64,000 nucleotides of DNA from Heptranchias perlo (taxonomy: Eukaryota): the NCBI RefSeq assembly GCF_035084215.1, contig NC_090346.1, positions 4,898,001 to 4,962,000 of the forward strand, given 5' to 3'. Positions 60,936-64,000 of the stretch are shown piece by piece (positions within the stretch are counted from its first letter, which is position 1; each line of letters starts with the position of its first letter). Under the pieces are notes generated by a model. The model did not search any database, had not been told where the DNA came from, and was given only the letters and a program-made list of their open reading frames with translations. Made by a program: the position numbers and the translations under genes.

Positions 60936-62510
60936 TATACATTTCAGTTTTTTTACATGCCTGATATCTATAAAATCCCATTTCAATCTCTTAACTTTGG
61001 AGAATCCCTGAATCTCCTTATGTACATAGCCATGGGGAAATGGAGGTGCAATGTAACAATGGAAAACTTTTCCACAGCACAATGTTCAGTTTAAAAACTT
61101 CTCATTCAGTTTGTAAATAAACTATGCAAATTAGTTTTCTTGACAAAATAGAATGGTTCTTTTAAACTGCCATTTAAAAAGTCTCTTATTTTTCCCTCTC
61201 GTTAACATTGAGCATATGTCCATTCTGCTTCAGTGTCAAAGGTATATCCTAAAAAAGGCAGCCATTTCATTTGGTTTCTTTTTAGCTGGAGTTGGAAATT
61301 TACAACGACATCCCAATCTGGAAACTTCCCTCAATGGCAACAACAATAAATCTCTAGTTGAATTTCGAATTTGCAGCAGTTAGACTTTGTGGCCTTAAAG
61401 GGATAGACCACCTAGATACAGCTCCACCTTAGCAGCAGAATAGTACATTATACATTACATGGTTTGACACTTCTTTCATCATAAAACAGCACAACACAGC
61501 TTACGGTGAATAATACCACAGGTGCGCCACTACTAGATATAAAGTGCTCTTTCTAAATAAATCAGTTTTGAGCCACAATGTGCAATGTATTAATCTCTAT
61601 TAAATATATAACTGTTCCAAAGCTTATTCAAAACCTTTATAATCTATCCAAATAGGATCAGTGCACATTGAGGTTGCTTTAGATAGAGGTCCCTTTCATG
61701 CCAACTGTCCTTTAATCGAGTTGGCGGCCTCTGATTGAAACCATTCATAAAGCAGCCTTTTCCTGATCTGACATGAAATGCAAAGGACAAAGGAAACTCA
61801 GAGATGTTAGTACAGAAGGAGGCCATTTGGCCAGAGTGTCAGCCCTTCAACTGGAACTATTTACTCAATCAAGTTTCTCTGACCCTTCCCCCAACTGGTT
61901 TAAAAATGTATGACTATAAACACTGAAATAGAGAGGATACTTCTTATTGGCCTATGTCAAAGTTCCAAACAAGGAGATTAACGAACCTAACATGGCTTCC
62001 TTTATGACAGAATGTCTACTTTTAAAGCAAATTATATCTGGACCAACCTGATCTCAGCCAGCTCAGTAGTTAGATGTTAGAACTGGCCTCAGCACCTGTA
62101 AGTTAGGAAGGGTTAAAATAAGTCTGGGTTCCTATCTAAAGATCTGTGCTGGAAGTGCATATGTGTGGAAGTTGAATGAGGACAGCATTGAAATGTAAAT
62201 TTGCACAGAAGGAATATTCACTGGCATGAGATACTATGAAGGCTACTGGCACCCGTGGAATTTATCCCGGCAAAATTAAGCATTAAGAAGAAGGGAGTGG
62301 GAGTAAAGGCCTGAGCAAATATCATTGTTTCTGGTGTTATGCAACATCCATTCATTCCGAAATTAAAGACCCCTTTATAAAACAGAAAGCACCACTCATA
62401 CTCTGTCATTTAACAGCTTGTGATTTTCAGTTTGATGCAAAATATTCAGGAATAATTTATACAATTTCATATAGATATATTATTTATTTATTTACTTTAT
62501 CCATCTGCAG

Positions 62511-62677
62511 GCTCATTTTACTTTCACTCTGGAAGTAGCGTTAGAAAGTCTAAAACCGTTATTAAGCCAAACATGAAGGTCGAGTTGTTGCCAGCGCTGG
62601 CTGATAACTATATGTATCTCCTCATTGATAATGACACCAGAGAAGCAGCAATAGTGGATCCAGTGGAGCCACAGAAG
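62511..62677 (+). CDS. HAGH: HAGH (hydroxyacylglutathione hydrolase, glyoxalase II) coding exon 2; the gene continues beyond the window
   Basis: ctgcAG acceptor. Translates [56 protein letters not shown], with the MKV...DNYMYLxID...AAIVDPV glyoxalase II signature. Internal ATG at 62573. Donor is AAG|GCAAGT. Confidence 0.95.
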
Positions 62678-64000
62678 GCAAGTATAACTTTGCTATTTGA
62701 TTATAATGTTATTGAAGCAGATTAGAAGTTCGATCTTATATTGTGCTTTGTACATGGCTGTAATAGAAATGGATCAGGATTTATGATTGTAATCAGGTGT
62801 TTTATATATGATGTCTAAATCAGCTCAAGTCATTTTACAAAAGCCAACTCAATTAACACAGCATAACCATAATTTGGCCTTTAACGTGAATGAAGTATTG
62901 GTTGAGTATCATTTAACTCAAAGCTCACGGAAAGGTATGTACTTTTAATAATTTTATTCTGCTACATCTATAACGTACCGTTATAAGGTTTGGAATCAGT
63001 CATTTCAGAAACATATTTCCAAAAAACCTGACCATTAACTGGGTTCAACTTAACATAATATAACTCAATTTTGGTAATACGGCAATTTGATGATGAGTTC
63101 AAATTAATGAAGCATAACAGTACAATTCAATTTCCAAGCTTATTGTACATGCTTGATAAAGTTATTTTTTTTGTAGTCGATAAATCACAGTATCACTGGT
63201 GTGTTTCCAGCGTTTGGTATCATTTAGACAATGTTGCTATAAAGACATACAATCTCGGATAGAAGGTTAGTTGCTATATCAAAATAGTTTAGCTTCCTCT
63301 GCAATGCACTGGTTCTAGCCTCTGGGGTCCATCTATGGCAAGTAGTTGGGATGACAGAAGTCAAAACTTTTGTATAGAAATGCTTCGGTATAATTTTAGC
63401 TCGTTAAAATGGATGCTGTACTGAGTTTCTGAATCACAAGATATCTGTGGTAGCTCAAGATCAGACTGCTAGCGTTTTTTTAAAATTACATTTACGCTTT
63501 AATCTTGTGTGTTAATTGGGAATAATTTGGTTGGGATGTAGAAGGCATTAAAAGCTGTGGGGGAGCCTGAGGGCTGGAGCGCTGAGTTGGAAAATTGCTT
63601 TTCAGTCCTTCATCAATTTTTACGGTGAAAAGGAAGTTTTACTTACATTTTCTTCATCAAGTTCTCTCTTCATTAGAGTTCTCAATTCTACCTGTGAAAT
63701 ATGTGGACAGTTTCATAACCTTGTATACGTGCATAATGTACTTTATGGTATTTTGCCTACGTATATTTCTGTGCATAATGTTGTATTTGTAGCCTCTACA
63801 AGTCTGGTGTAATTTCTGTGTTCAAATTGATTGGCGATGTAGTGGGAATCGTGGTATATTGCAGTTCACAATTTACCAGAGTCCGGGTTAGTTGTTAGAC
63901 CCAGGCCATGCTAGCCTCCGCGAGAACAGGTCTTGTAAGAAGTACAATTCCTGTTCGTAAGGAATGAAGTCCACCCAATGCTGGAAACGCTGCATAACCA

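Overview
Eukaryotic genomic DNA from a vertebrate, most likely a cartilaginous fish (inferred from the repeat content: shark-type CR1 LINEs, SacSINE1/DeuSINE-like SINEs and Harbinger-type elements). Three real genes are present in the order also known from human 16p13.3. (1) A complete MEIOB on the + strand, reconstructed by hand as 13 coding exons from 8860 to 48644, giving 1416 nt or 471 aa, with a candidate CpG-rich promoter at about 6.5-6.9 kb. (2) The intronless FAHD1 on the - strand (58092-58751). (3) The first two coding exons of HAGH (glyoxalase II) on the + strand, head-to-head with FAHD1 across a 351-bp spacer. The rest is intron or intergenic DNA dense in transposons: CR1 and CR1/L2-group LINEs, an L2 tail, a Tx1-like fragment, tRNA-derived SINEs, a decayed two-gene Harbinger transposon with terminal inverted repeats, and several Harbinger-type MITEs. 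I found no evidence for a wholly new biological system. The most interesting observations are an out-of-frame uORF overlapping the mitochondrial HAGH start, a GC splice donor in HAGH, germline-type motifs in the MEIOB promoter, and the Harbinger/MITE/CR1 nesting. Comparisons to human proteins and repeat families are from memory, not from database searches.
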